NCBI GenBank assembly: GCA_965116925.1
Contig: OZ220744.1
Location: 1,248,001-1,312,000 of the forward strand
Length of the DNA stretch: 64,000 nucleotides
Reading direction: 5' to 3'
From: Candidatus Poribacteria bacterium
GTDB taxonomy: Bacteria; Poribacteria; WGA-4E; PCPOR2b
The position numbers and the translations under genes were made by a program. The notes under the pieces were generated by a model. It searched no databases, had not been told where the DNA came from, and worked only from the letters and a program-made list of their open reading frames with translations. How positions within the stretch are numbered: position 1 is the stretch's first letter; every line of letters starts with the position of its first letter. Below, piece after piece: positions 1 to 10,258 of the stretch.

Positions 1-1
1 G

Positions 2-847
2 TTGGATCTGCGAGATGGAGTAGACAGGACAGATTTCTTTGAGGCAGCAAAGGCGAAAACAGAGGCTCACGGGCTAGAACTATACAGCATCTTTATGGCG
101 GGCTGGGATGAAATCGCACTGGCGATGCCCAATCGTGATGAAAAGATTGAGGCATGGTGTACAATGCTTCGAGGTATCAGCGCGGCGGGCATCCCCGCGT
201 TGGGATACAACTTCAAACCGATGGGCAATTTCCGCACAACGTCCGCCACAGGTAGAGGAGGCACCTCCTACAGTACCTTTGATTACGACGAATTTTCGCA
301 GAACCGCCCCAAACCGCACGACCCACCGGTCTCAGAGGAAGAAATGTGGGAGCATATAACCTATTTCCTCGAAGGGGTGATTCCGGTGGCGGACAAAGTC
401 GGGGTGCGGATGGCGCTGCATCCAGATGACCCACCAATCCCTGAACCGTTAGGGGGCGTAGCGCAGATCGTATCAACGCTCGACCAATACCGGCGGATTT
501 TCGACATTGTTCCATCCGACTCCAACGGAATGCTGTTCTGTCAGGGCTGCGTCACCGAGATGGGAGTGAATGTGTATGAAGCAATTCGGGAGATGGCTAC
601 CAAAAACAAAATCATCTTCGTTCACTTCCGCAATGTTCGCGGCTGCCTGCCCAGCTTCCAAGAGGTGTTTCTCGATGAAGGCGATATAGATATGCACAAA
701 GCAATGTCAATATATCGGGATGCAGGCTTTAACGGACCCTTTATGATGGATCACACGCCGGGTTTTCCCCAAACGGATGCAGGCAGAGCGGGTCAGGCAT
801 ACGCAGTCGGATATATTCGGGGGGTGATTCAATCAGTGTATCGGTGA
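2..847 (+). CDS. uxuA: Mannonate dehydratase (UxuA) family protein, probably 5'-truncated by window edge
   Basis: Motifs YNF, MALHPDDPP, FCQG, VHFRNV and MMDHTP typical of the UxuA family. Confidence 0.8.
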   Translation: MDLRDGVDRTDFFEAAKAKTEAHGLELYSIFMAGWDEIALAMPNRDEKIEAWCTMLRGISAAGIPALGYNFKPMGNFRTTSATGRGGTSYSTFDYDEFSQNRPKPHDPPVSEEEMWEHITYFLEGVIPVADKVGVRMALHPDDPPIPEPLGGVAQIVSTLDQYRRIFDIVPSDSNGMLFCQGCVTEMGVNVYEAIREMATKNKIIFVHFRNVRGCLPSFQEVFLDEGDIDMHKAMSIYRDAGFNGPFMMDHTPGFPQTDAGRAGQAYAVGYIRGVIQSVYR

Positions 848-961
848 AATGCCGGGCGTGCAGAGAAAGCATAGCAAAACTAATCGTGGCGCAGGTTGCC
901 TAACCTGCGATTGATGGCACGCTAGCAGCTGGATTACTTTGGACTGTGTTAGCACACCCTC

Positions 962-1813
962 TTACACACGAACAAACTTATGCAGCAAGTTTTCAACGCC
1001 GACTTCGCCGATATAGATGTCGCCATGCCGGTCTACCCAGATGCCATGAGCACCATGGGGTGCATCGTCCGGTCCGCCTAGCACGTTCCAACAGGTGAGC
1101 AGCTTTCCGTCCCGGTTAAAGATGCTGACGCCGCCGCCTTCAGCAATGTAAACGGTGTCGTCTGCATCAATGTATAATCCACAAGGACCAAGCCGCCCTG
1201 GCCACTCAGAAAGGAAACCGCCGTCAGGGTCAAAAATTTGGATGCGATTATTCGTCTCTCTATCAGCGACCAACACTCTGCCTTCTCGGTCCGTAAAGAC
1301 ATTATGGGGGAGGGTAAATTGCCCCGGTAATGCCCCTTCTTTACCCCATGTGTTTAGCAGGGTTCCATCGGGCGAGAACCGATGTATCTGATGCTGACCG
1401 TAACCGTCCGAGACATAAATATCACCAGATGGGGCAATGACAGCGCGAGTCGGCATATTGAATGGCTCACCGTAGCCACCTGGCTCATTTGGGGTTCCAA
1501 GTGTCTTTAGGATTTGGCCATCTGTGGTACAGATGCGCACCGTGTGGTCACCACAGTCGGCGATATAGATCCGATCTTCTGAGTCAATAAAAACATCGTG
1601 AGGTAGGCTAAGAAAGTCCTCGCCCCACGATGAGAGAAAGCGACCATCTCGGTCATAGACCACCATGGCGGGGTTCGGTTCGCGGTCGAGAACGTATACC
1701 TTGTCCTGCGAATCAGCAGCAACCCCCGAAGCGATGCCCAGCGTTCGACCGTCGGGCCCTTGTCCCCAACCTTTAACAACTTGGTAAGAATATTTACCAC
1801 TTCCTAATATCAT
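962..1813 (-). CDS. NHL-repeat beta-propeller protein (peptidyl-alpha-hydroxyglycine lyase-like)
   Basis: Repeated F..PH.V..D..G.IYVAD NHL units; GGAGG upstream of ATG at 1813. Confidence 0.85.
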   Translation of the reverse strand: MILGSGKYSYQVVKGWGQGPDGRTLGIASGVAADSQDKVYVLDREPNPAMVVYDRDGRFLSSWGEDFLSLPHDVFIDSEDRIYIADCGDHTVRICTTDGQILKTLGTPNEPGGYGEPFNMPTRAVIAPSGDIYVSDGYGQHQIHRFSPDGTLLNTWGKEGALPGQFTLPHNVFTDREGRVLVADRETNNRIQIFDPDGGFLSEWPGRLGPCGLYIDADDTVYIAEGGGVSIFNRDGKLLTCWNVLGGPDDAPHGAHGIWVDRHGDIYIGEVGVENLLHKFVRV

Positions 1814-1873
1814 AATTAACACCTCCGGCTTTAATTTGTAGATACTGAGTTCCCAAACTGAAAGAATACTCGT

Positions 1874-2005
1874 CGCTCATGTTAAGATTTAGTGCAAAGA
1901 AACCGAATATTCGTAGGGGTTGGGGGACCCAACCCTTACGGCGGGCGGGGCCTCTCCGCCCCTACGATTTCGCTTCGTGTTTTGCACTTTCTTTTTACAT
2001 GAGCC
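1874..2005. mobile_element. MITE family C (IS1595-like ends) carrying an inverted pair of GTAG hairpins
   Basis: Ends CGCTCATGTTAAG / TTTTACATGAGCC; TACTCGT flanks both sides; related copies at 26728, 27856, 31193, 58743. Confidence 0.8.
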
Positions 2006-2111
2006 TACTCGTTTTATCCAAAGGCGACTATTATAGCACACTATTTCAAATATCCTGAATCTAAAAAAACAGTTTCTTCATCGGAGATATAAACCTATTA
2101 GGATTGCCCAA

Positions 2112-2900
2112 ATGAGAATACAGGAAATGTTTGAACTTCATGATCGGGTCGCCATCATTACCGGCGGTGCAACACACTTGGGACGTGCAATGGCGACCGC
2201 CCTCGGCGAGTTAGGGGCAGCTACAGTTATTGCTAGCCGCAGGAAAGCCTTGTGTGAGCAGGTTGCAGCGGAGTTACAGGAAACAGGCATCAAATGCGTC
2301 GGACTTGGCTGCGATGTCACCGACGAAGCGCAGGTCAACACACTCGTGGATGAGGTGGTCGAGATGCACGGGCGGTTGGACATAATGGTGTGCAACGCCG
2401 GCGGTGCTGCGACAGCGAGTTATATCCCGAACGCTTCGATTGATGAGTTCACCCAGACATGGGAGATGAATGTCAAAAGTACCTATATGTGTGCACAAGC
2501 CGCAGCCCGTGTGATGATTCCCCAACGCAGCGGTACAATCATCACCCTCGGATCCATCCACGGCTTTCTGAGTGCCGACAAACGCCTCTACGAAGGATTG
2601 GATTTTAATCGTTCGGGTCCTCCCTATCAGGCAGCGAAAGGCGGTATAGTGAACCTGACGCGGGCACTCGCAGTTGAGTTGGGTGAATATAATATCACCG
2701 TCAACTGTATCAGTCCCGGACAGATCCCAAAATTGACGACAGACCCGGAACTAGCAGAGCGGTGCCGCCTGAGCAACCCGCTTGAACGCACCGGGGTCGC
2801 CGATGACATCAAAGGTGCTGTTGCCCTGCTCGCCTCACGTGCCGGCGATTGGATCACCGGACATAACCTCGTGGTCGATGGTGGTTGGAGCCTTTGGTAA
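2112..2900 (+). CDS. SDR family oxidoreductase
   Basis: TG...LG Rossmann motif, NAG, YQAAK catalytic motif, VDGG C-terminus. Confidence 0.9.
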   Translation: MRIQEMFELHDRVAIITGGATHLGRAMATALGELGAATVIASRRKALCEQVAAELQETGIKCVGLGCDVTDEAQVNTLVDEVVEMHGRLDIMVCNAGGAATASYIPNASIDEFTQTWEMNVKSTYMCAQAAARVMIPQRSGTIITLGSIHGFLSADKRLYEGLDFNRSGPPYQAAKGGIVNLTRALAVELGEYNITVNCISPGQIPKLTTDPELAERCRLSNPLERTGVADDIKGAVALLASRAGDWITGHNLVVDGGWSLW

Positions 2901-2948
2901 ACAGTAAGACATAACTTCATACAAATACCTAAACGAAAGAGGTAAAAC

Positions 2949-3827
2949 ATGAAAAAACTCCCCATGGGTCCACTTTACTATGAGTTTAGTCGCCATAACG
3001 AACCACGCTTACGAATTACACCGGGCGAAACTGTGTTGGTGGAGGCAGAGGACGCCTTTTCCGGGCAGATTCGCACCAATGATGATCGGCGGGATAAGAC
3101 CAAGAAACCCTACGGCAATCCACAAACAGGGCCCATCTGGATCGAGGATGCTGAACCGGGTGACGCACTGGCGGTTAAAATTGAAGAGATTCGTCCAAGC
3201 ATCGGTCAATGTGCCACCCGAACCTCGGATCCCCGACAGCTTGCCGAATGGTTGGGCGATGACTGTCCACACGGTGTGCACGTCTGCCCCATCAGCGACG
3301 GACAGATTTATTGGAGCGATGACATCACCATTCCCTACACCCCGATGCTCGGTTGTATCGGGACAGCGCCGGATACCGGTGTGCCGACAACAGGACCCGC
3401 AGGTCCCCACGGCGGAAATATGGACATCATCGAAACCTGTCCCGGCAATACCGTTTATTTGCCGGTATTTGTATCAGGCGGATACCTGTATTTGGGCGAT
3501 GCACACGCTGCAATGGGGCACGGCGAACTCTCCGCTTCCGGGTTGGAGATGCCGTCGGAGACGACAATTACCGTCGATCTGATCAAAGACAAGAACCTGC
3601 CGGGTCCGCGAATAGAATCCCCTACAGAAATTATGACCGTCGCCACCGGCTGCCCGATGGAGCGTTCAACCGCTCAGGCTTATGCGTGGTTAATCTTATG
3701 GATGGAAGAAGAGTTCGGTTGGGATCGTTGGAAGGCGTATGACATCTTGACGCATGTCGGACAGATCTCAGTCGGTTACTATCAGATTGGGACAGTGGCA
3801 GCAAAAATCGCCAAGCGATATTTGTAA
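2949..3827 (+). CDS. Acetamidase/formamidase family protein
   Basis: NPQTGPI, GPHGGNMD and GDAHA.MG.GE motifs. Confidence 0.9.
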   Translation: MKKLPMGPLYYEFSRHNEPRLRITPGETVLVEAEDAFSGQIRTNDDRRDKTKKPYGNPQTGPIWIEDAEPGDALAVKIEEIRPSIGQCATRTSDPRQLAEWLGDDCPHGVHVCPISDGQIYWSDDITIPYTPMLGCIGTAPDTGVPTTGPAGPHGGNMDIIETCPGNTVYLPVFVSGGYLYLGDAHAAMGHGELSASGLEMPSETTITVDLIKDKNLPGPRIESPTEIMTVATGCPMERSTAQAYAWLILWMEEEFGWDRWKAYDILTHVGQISVGYYQIGTVAAKIAKRYL

Positions 3828-3885
3828 AACAGTCGTAGGGAACGCAGATCTGCGTTCCCTCTAGCGTAAATAAGAGGTGATAACA

Positions 3886-4608
3886 ATGTACGGACAGAAC
3901 GGACGAATCGGATTGTTAGTGCCATCAGTGAATACAGTTGTCGAACCAGAATTTAACCGTATGATTCCAGAGGGCATCAATGTCTATGCGGCACGGATGC
4001 GGAATACGCGGTCGGATGTAGAAGACTCCAAGGCGATGCTTCAACATGTGGCGCGTGCTGCGGATGAACTCGGCAGTGCACATGCAGATGTGATAGCCTT
4101 TGCTTGCACTGCGAGTAGTTTTGTGGAAGGCGTTGAAGGGGAAATTGAATTGCGAGACCGGATCGAACGGGCAGGAGAAGCAAAAGCGGTGACGACATCG
4201 GGTTCCGTCGCAGGCGCGTTGCGGACGCTCGGTATTCGGCGTGTCGCAGTCGCCACACCCTATCCAGATGAACTGAACGTGCTAGAAAAACAATTCTTGG
4301 AGGACGAAGGGATCGAAGTCCTAACAATCGCCGGCATGGGTATCGTGGACGCATTCAGCATCGGAAAAGTAACGCCGCAAGAGACGTATGAATTTGCCCG
4401 ACGTGTCTGGCAGGCCGACGCCGATGGAATGTTTATCAGCTGCACTAACCTGCGCACCATTGATGTGCTAGCACGACTGGAAGCAGAACTCGGTGTGCCG
4501 GTTATCTCCAGCAATTTGGCGACATGTTGGGGGTGTTTGCGAGCCTTGGGACATCAGGATCCGATTGATGGGTACGGGAGGCTTTTGTCAGAGCGTCTCG
4601 ATGCGTAA
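3886..4608 (+). CDS. Maleate cis-trans isomerase / arylmalonate decarboxylase (Asp/Glu racemase superfamily)
   Basis: RIGLLVPSVN, ACTA, ATPY and SCTNL motifs; GAGGTG upstream of ATG at 3886. Confidence 0.88.
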   Translation: MYGQNGRIGLLVPSVNTVVEPEFNRMIPEGINVYAARMRNTRSDVEDSKAMLQHVARAADELGSAHADVIAFACTASSFVEGVEGEIELRDRIERAGEAKAVTTSGSVAGALRTLGIRRVAVATPYPDELNVLEKQFLEDEGIEVLTIAGMGIVDAFSIGKVTPQETYEFARRVWQADADGMFISCTNLRTIDVLARLEAELGVPVISSNLATCWGCLRALGHQDPIDGYGRLLSERLDA

Positions 4609-4620
4609 AGGAACAGACCG

Positions 4621-6855
4621 ATGTCTAGTATCGTCGATATGTTCAACCTCATGAGTTTGGATGCGCCCGGATTGGAAGTGGTCAAAGCAGCGGTTAAAGC
4701 TGAGGATTACTCCGCTGCCGAGTCTGCCTATCTGGCGTACTACCGTGCGCGAAAGCCACCGGCCCTCGATTGGCACACCGAGCATAGGAATGGACGCTCC
4801 TTTGAGACTAACTCAACCGGCTGGAATTTCCTGACCACCATCCCAGACTTAATCACTTGGCGCGACCGTGAGAAGGTCAAGGGGCTAATCAACCGTGAAA
4901 AGGGTTACACCTTCAGCCGCACCGAGGGGATACAGCTGTCTGATTACACCGTGTTAGATCTGGCTGAGATGCTCTTAGAGAACAAGGTTTTTATCCCGTA
5001 TCACCCCGAAGACGGTGTCCAAGATCTCGGTCCCGATTGGAACTGGGAGCATGTGCCTCCTGTCGTTGGGCAGCGATGGACGCTGAGTCTACCATACCAA
5101 TACTGTCTGCGTGCTCTCGCACAGGCGTATTGGCTGACCGATGATGAGCGGTATATCGCCAAACTCGTCAAGATTGCGACCCACTATGCCAGCTATGTAG
5201 ATGGGAGGAGTTCGTGGATCTGGATTCCCGACATGCAGCTCGCACGCAACTATCAGCAATTGATGCCCTTCATGCTTTCGTGGGACGGGTTGTCACCCCA
5301 TGATTTTTGTGCAATTCAATCTTGGTTGTCGGGTGGTTGCGCTGCATCAATGGAAGCGGTGACCAATGCGCGGGGCAATCAACTCCTGTTTAACGGCTTG
5401 GGACTGGCGTGGATAGGGGTGGGAATGCCCGAATTCAAAGACGCAGCAAGGTGGCGTGAACGTGGCTTCAGTCAAGTCGAAGAGTTCTTCGGTCAGGGAG
5501 CATTCTATCCGGATGGCTCATCGAAAGAAAACTCCTACGGTTACGTCGTCGGTGCCTCCGCAGCCGGGTTGGAAGCCCTAAAATTGGCGCAGGCGAATGG
5601 ATGGAATTTTCTGAAAAATCTGAATCATCCGATGTTGTTGCGAGCTGAATTCCTCGCCTATACCGCCAAACCGGATGGCAGTTATGTATGGACGGGCGAT
5701 AGCACACGCGGTTCTGCCTTTGACTATATAGAGACTATCGCTGATTCAGAAAATCGGACGGACCTGCAATACATCGTCAGTTTCGGGGAACGTGGCACTC
5801 CCCCGCCGCGTAAATCGTCGTGGTACACTTACGGCGGCGTTGGTGTGATGCGAAGCGATTGGGAACGCGAAGCCAACTACCTGTTTTTCGATGTAGGTCC
5901 GGTGGGGGTACTGCACGGACACGAAGGGAAGTTAGCGGTGGAGGTTGTCGCCTACGGCCGCTCTATGGTAGAGGATTTGGGGATCCACACCTATGCAACA
6001 ACTGAACGCGATATGAAATTTCACGATTTCTTCACGGCTTCCGCTGCACACAACACAGTCATCGTACATGGAAAGAGCCAAGTTCGACTGAAAACAGGGC
6101 CATTCACGACCGAGCAACCCCTATCGAATCCGTGGTTCAGCACAGCGACCTGTGATTTTCTTTCGGGCAGCTATACCGAAGGCTATGGAGATGCGGGAAG
6201 TGACGAAATTGATCAATCGGTCGTCCACCATCGCAGCGTCATTTTTGTCAAAGGGCGCGAGGAGAATGATATAGAATATTGGATCATCACCGACCATCTG
6301 ACCGGCGACGGTGTTCACACCTGCGAACAGCTATTTCATCTCATTCCGGTCGAGGTTGATGTCGATCCGGATACGAAAACTGTACAAACAGTTACGCCAA
6401 ACCAACCCAATCTGGCGTTCATCCCATCGGTCTCCAACGGGATTGAATTGGAGGTTGTTGAAGGTCGCACTAAACCTAGCCTGCAAGGCTGGTATTGCGG
6501 CGGAGGTCCTCGTCCAACACCGGCTCCTTGTGTAACCTATCGCCGGACGGGAATGCTGCCCACTATTTTTCAGACAATCCTTTTGCCAATGAAAGCGGAT
6601 AAAGCAGCCTTACCCAAAGTCGAATCGCTTGGCACTCTCGGTGACAGTTGGAGCCGTATTATATTCCCGGATGGTCGGGAGGACACCTACTGTTCACCAG
6701 CACAAATGGGACATCAGCAGTTGGAAGACATCACCTTCACCGGGGAAGCAGCACTGATACGCCGCGACAGCAGTGGAAAACTCTTGGATTGGGCGGTTGT
6801 TGGCGGGAACAACCTACAATATTGCGGCGAAACCTTTCCCTCTACCCGCGACTAA
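4621..6855 (+). CDS. Heparinase II/III family polysaccharide lyase
   Basis: N-terminal helical region (AYWLT, DGSSKENS); C-terminal MRSDW, HGH and SAAHNTV motifs. Confidence 0.8.
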   Translation: MSSIVDMFNLMSLDAPGLEVVKAAVKAEDYSAAESAYLAYYRARKPPALDWHTEHRNGRSFETNSTGWNFLTTIPDLITWRDREKVKGLINREKGYTFSRTEGIQLSDYTVLDLAEMLLENKVFIPYHPEDGVQDLGPDWNWEHVPPVVGQRWTLSLPYQYCLRALAQAYWLTDDERYIAKLVKIATHYASYVDGRSSWIWIPDMQLARNYQQLMPFMLSWDGLSPHDFCAIQSWLSGGCAASMEAVTNARGNQLLFNGLGLAWIGVGMPEFKDAARWRERGFSQVEEFFGQGAFYPDGSSKENSYGYVVGASAAGLEALKLAQANGWNFLKNLNHPMLLRAEFLAYTAKPDGSYVWTGDSTRGSAFDYIETIADSENRTDLQYIVSFGERGTPPPRKSSWYTYGGVGVMRSDWEREANYLFFDVGPVGVLHGHEGKLAVEVVAYGRSMVEDLGIHTYATTERDMKFHDFFTASAAHNTVIVHGKSQVRLKTGPFTTEQPLSNPWFSTATCDFLSGSYTEGYGDAGSDEIDQSVVHHRSVIFVKGREENDIEYWIITDHLTGDGVHTCEQLFHLIPVEVDVDPDTKTVQTVTPNQPNLAFIPSVSNGIELEVVEGRTKPSLQGWYCGGGPRPTPAPCVTYRRTGMLPTIFQTILLPMKADKAALPKVESLGTLGDSWSRIIFPDGREDTYCSPAQMGHQQLEDITFTGEAALIRRDSSGKLLDWAVVGGNNLQYCGETFPSTRD

Positions 6856-6959
6856 CCTAAAGCAAGTTGCGACAAAGTAGTAGGCATACTCCGTATGCCG
6901 TAACCTCAAAAGTTAATTATTGCACAAATGAATTAATGAACCAACAAGGGAAACATATC

Positions 6960-7727
6960 ATGCAGCTATCTAATGAACAGGTAGGACAGTTCTGGGAAGA
7001 TGGATTCATCATCCTGAAAAATTTGCTTGACCCCGATGAGGTCGCATCACTCCTTGCCCACGCCGAGTGGGTAGCAAGTGGCAAAGCCGCCCACATCCCG
7101 GAAGGACAACTCCAGATCGAGCCACGTGTCAGAGCAGGGGAGGCTCAAGCGGAGAATTACGCCGATTCCCTGCGTAAGATGAGCCATCTTGCCTTTTACG
7201 ATGAAGGATTTGAAAACCATGCCCGCAATCCCAAAATTCTAGACGTGATCGAATCGCTGCTGGGCCCCGACATCAAACTCTACCAAGACCAGCTTTTTAT
7301 GAAGCCACCACGGATCGGTTCACGACAGGGCTACCATCAGGATATGCCGCTCGGATTCTACATCGATCCACCCGACATGGTGACCTGCTGGGCGGCACTT
7401 ACCGATTCGACAATCGAGAATGGGTGCGTCTGGGTATTACCCGGCACACACAAATTTGGCATCACGGAAAAGTCGGAATGGGCAGAATATGAGCAGATGT
7501 CGATTGAGGGAAGGCTAGCCGAAGAACGTCCATTGGAGTTGCAAGGGGGTGATTGCAGCTTCCACCACGGGCTCATTCTCCACAGCAGTCGTCCTAACAG
7601 GACGAATCAGAGGCGGCGAGGCTACGCGACGCACTACGTCAGTGCCAAATGTCGATATACAGGTCCGCCGGAAAGGGAAAACGATGCGATGCTGATGCGC
7701 GGCAAATCAATGCCGGGGTGCATCTAA
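6960..7727 (+). CDS. Phytanoyl-CoA dioxygenase (PhyH) family Fe/2OG dioxygenase
   Basis: HQD, WAALTD..ENGC, PGTH, distal LH.S..N and RR motifs. Confidence 0.9.
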   Translation: MQLSNEQVGQFWEDGFIILKNLLDPDEVASLLAHAEWVASGKAAHIPEGQLQIEPRVRAGEAQAENYADSLRKMSHLAFYDEGFENHARNPKILDVIESLLGPDIKLYQDQLFMKPPRIGSRQGYHQDMPLGFYIDPPDMVTCWAALTDSTIENGCVWVLPGTHKFGITEKSEWAEYEQMSIEGRLAEERPLELQGGDCSFHHGLILHSSRPNRTNQRRRGYATHYVSAKCRYTGPPERENDAMLMRGKSMPGCI

Positions 7728-7833
7728 AAGATTTATCCCTTTCTGTTTGCCCTTTAAGGAATATCGTAGGTTGGGTTGAGCAATGGCGAAACCCAACTCT
7801 AATAAACCAATGAACTAACGAACCAACACAACT

Positions 7834-8559
7834 ATGCACACGAGCAAATTACTAAGATCCTCAGACTTTCAATATTGGCGACTTGCTGGGGAAGAGCGTA
7901 TCAACGTTGACTTCAAAGCGTTCTGTCCGGATTATCATGAACTGGACCGTATCGGTGTAATCTCTCCTTGTCTGGAAGACGGGGTGCTCTACACCGGAGA
8001 CGCACTACTAGCGTTGACCACTGCCTTTTATGATGTTCTCCGCGCACGAGAAACCGATTTCTTTGACTACCCACAACACTTTGCCTTTATTGGTACAAGT
8101 GAAGGGGTTGTTCACACTCATAGCGAAAAATTACCGATGGATCGCATTGGGACAGGCTGGGGAAATCTGGATGTTTGGCCCGATTCAAAATGGATCCCAA
8201 CACCGAGAGACGTTACGGGGATGCTGAGAAAAGTTTTCGATTTTCAGATAAATCGATTGTTCCTGCCGCACGGTTTCAAGCCTGCTTCTAACCAATCCCT
8301 CCTCCCCGCCTATGCGCGTAAGATGCTCGGAACTCGGCTCAAAGCAATTTACTACTACAATACGCCAATGCCCAACATAGAACTTCGCGCCTCACAACAG
8401 GTAGCGGACCTCATTCAAAGGAGCATTGCCGAATTCCCTGACGTCGGAAATGAGATCGAACACCCCGTACAGACTGATTTCCCTGCTGTTGGACGCTATC
8501 AGCAAGTGGGTGTCGATGATTTCCTTGAAGATATGGCGGGTTGTTTCGACGGTAGTTGA
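7834..8559 (+). CDS. Hypothetical protein
   Basis: 241-aa ORF inside a co-directional cluster; no family recognised. Confidence 0.7.
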   Translation: MHTSKLLRSSDFQYWRLAGEERINVDFKAFCPDYHELDRIGVISPCLEDGVLYTGDALLALTTAFYDVLRARETDFFDYPQHFAFIGTSEGVVHTHSEKLPMDRIGTGWGNLDVWPDSKWIPTPRDVTGMLRKVFDFQINRLFLPHGFKPASNQSLLPAYARKMLGTRLKAIYYYNTPMPNIELRASQQVADLIQRSIAEFPDVGNEIEHPVQTDFPAVGRYQQVGVDDFLEDMAGCFDGS

Positions 8560-8576
8560 CCGGAGGAGATCGAGAA

Positions 8577-9503
8577 ATGGCACGCTATCCCCAAGCGGTT
8601 CTGGTATCCTGTGAGATACCGTGGGACGAAAACGAGAACCTGATGGAAGATCTGTTTCGAGAGGAGATACAGCATACCCTCAAGGCGGAATTCAATCACC
8701 TGTATATCTTTGGCACCGCCGGCGAAGGACATGCGGTCGATACCGCCCGCTTTCAACAGATTGTTCAGATTTTCTACGAAGAAACGCGGGGATCCGATGT
8801 CCACCCAATGGTTGGAGCAATTGGTCTGTCCACAGCGAACATCGTGGAACGTGTGGGATTCGCGCACGATGTCGGCTTCCGCACGTTTCAAACTGTGCTA
8901 CCGAGTTGGGGTGCGGTGAACGATGATGAGTTAATAACCTTTTTCAAGGACTTATGTGGCACGTTCTCTGATTCACAGTTTCTACACTACAACCTGCCGC
9001 GCGCAAAACGGGTCTTGGGTGGTGCGGACTATCGACGATTGATCGATGCCGTGCCCAACCTCGTGGCAACAAAAACGACAAGCGGTGGCTTGCCTGGTGC
9101 GGCCGATCTGATGCGCCACTCGTCTGAACTTCAACACTTCTTTGGAGAATGGAATTTTCCACACGGCTGCATGTTTGGGGAGTGCTCGCTACTCGCTTCA
9201 TTTGGTCCGATGACACCTCACAAGACGTGGGAGTATTTTGAGGCAGGACGGACACAGCAGGTCGAAAAACTTTTTCGATTGCAGCACGACTTTCACAGAG
9301 TGTGCATGGATATACTTAGCCCGGTGTGGGACAAGGAACGGATAGATGGTGCCTACGACAAAATCATTGTGCGGTTGGGCGGACTGGAGGATATGCCGCT
9401 ACGACTGCTCTCACCGTATCAAAGCCTCACCGAAGTGGAGTATCAGGCGTGTAAGCGGATACTCCACGAAAAGTACCCAGATTGGGTTCAGAGGGAGTTA
9501 TGA
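8577..9503 (+). CDS. DHDPS/N-acetylneuraminate lyase family aldolase
   Basis: GTAGEG, HYNLP and Schiff-base Lys (VATKTT); GGAGGAG RBS. Confidence 0.85.
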   Translation: MARYPQAVLVSCEIPWDENENLMEDLFREEIQHTLKAEFNHLYIFGTAGEGHAVDTARFQQIVQIFYEETRGSDVHPMVGAIGLSTANIVERVGFAHDVGFRTFQTVLPSWGAVNDDELITFFKDLCGTFSDSQFLHYNLPRAKRVLGGADYRRLIDAVPNLVATKTTSGGLPGAADLMRHSSELQHFFGEWNFPHGCMFGECSLLASFGPMTPHKTWEYFEAGRTQQVEKLFRLQHDFHRVCMDILSPVWDKERIDGAYDKIIVRLGGLEDMPLRLLSPYQSLTEVEYQACKRILHEKYPDWVQREL

Positions 9504-10258
9504 CATCACTTAATTTCAAATCGAGAGTACCTGTTTTTGATGCCAACGTGAGGGTTGGCGATCTACTAGACGAACCCGCCCCCTACCGCGATCGGGAGGG
9601 GTTGTTGGCAGAGATGGATCGGCACGGGGTGGAGCGAGCCCTCATCTACCACGCACACGCCGACAATGTTAGCGCGATTGTAGGCAACAACTACCTTGAA
9701 TCATGGATCGGTGATGACGGACGCACCCATCCGCAGTGGATGGTTATCCCCACAGCGGACTCGCTCGCGCAGATTCAATCGCTTCATGCTGAAGGAAGGG
9801 TTAATTGTGTGCGATTGTTCGATACCGGGCAACGGGATCTGCCCTTCCGTCCTTGGGCTTACGACACACTGTTATCTTGGCTCAGTGAGGCGCGAATTCC
9901 GGTCTGGATCCTCTTGACGGACGCCGATGCAGATGCGATAGTTACCACACTTCAGGCGTATCCAGATCTGGTATCGGTCTTGGTGGGAGCGCATTATGTC
10001 CATGCACTTTGGTTGCGTCCAATGTTGACCGCTTTACCGAATGCCTATTTGGAGTTAAGTCGCTATGAGCCGATCGGCGAGATAGAGTCTCTGCGCGACG
10101 AGTTCGGGGCTGAGCGATTGGTCTACGGTTCGTGGTATTCCCGCCTTGCAATGGGACCGATGCTGTTCTATCTGCATCATACGAACCTGACCGATGCCGA
10201 ACTCACGGCAGTTTGTGCCGGGAATCTTGAACGTATTCTACAAGGAGGGACGAAATGA
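9500..10258 (+). CDS. Amidohydrolase_2 family protein, metal ligands degenerate
   Basis: FDANVR in place of DxHxH; YGSW in place of FGSD; ATGA overlaps at both ends. Confidence 0.75.
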   Translation: MTSLNFKSRVPVFDANVRVGDLLDEPAPYRDREGLLAEMDRHGVERALIYHAHADNVSAIVGNNYLESWIGDDGRTHPQWMVIPTADSLAQIQSLHAEGRVNCVRLFDTGQRDLPFRPWAYDTLLSWLSEARIPVWILLTDADADAIVTTLQAYPDLVSVLVGAHYVHALWLRPMLTALPNAYLELSRYEPIGEIESLRDEFGAERLVYGSWYSRLAMGPMLFYLHHTNLTDAELTAVCAGNLERILQGGTK

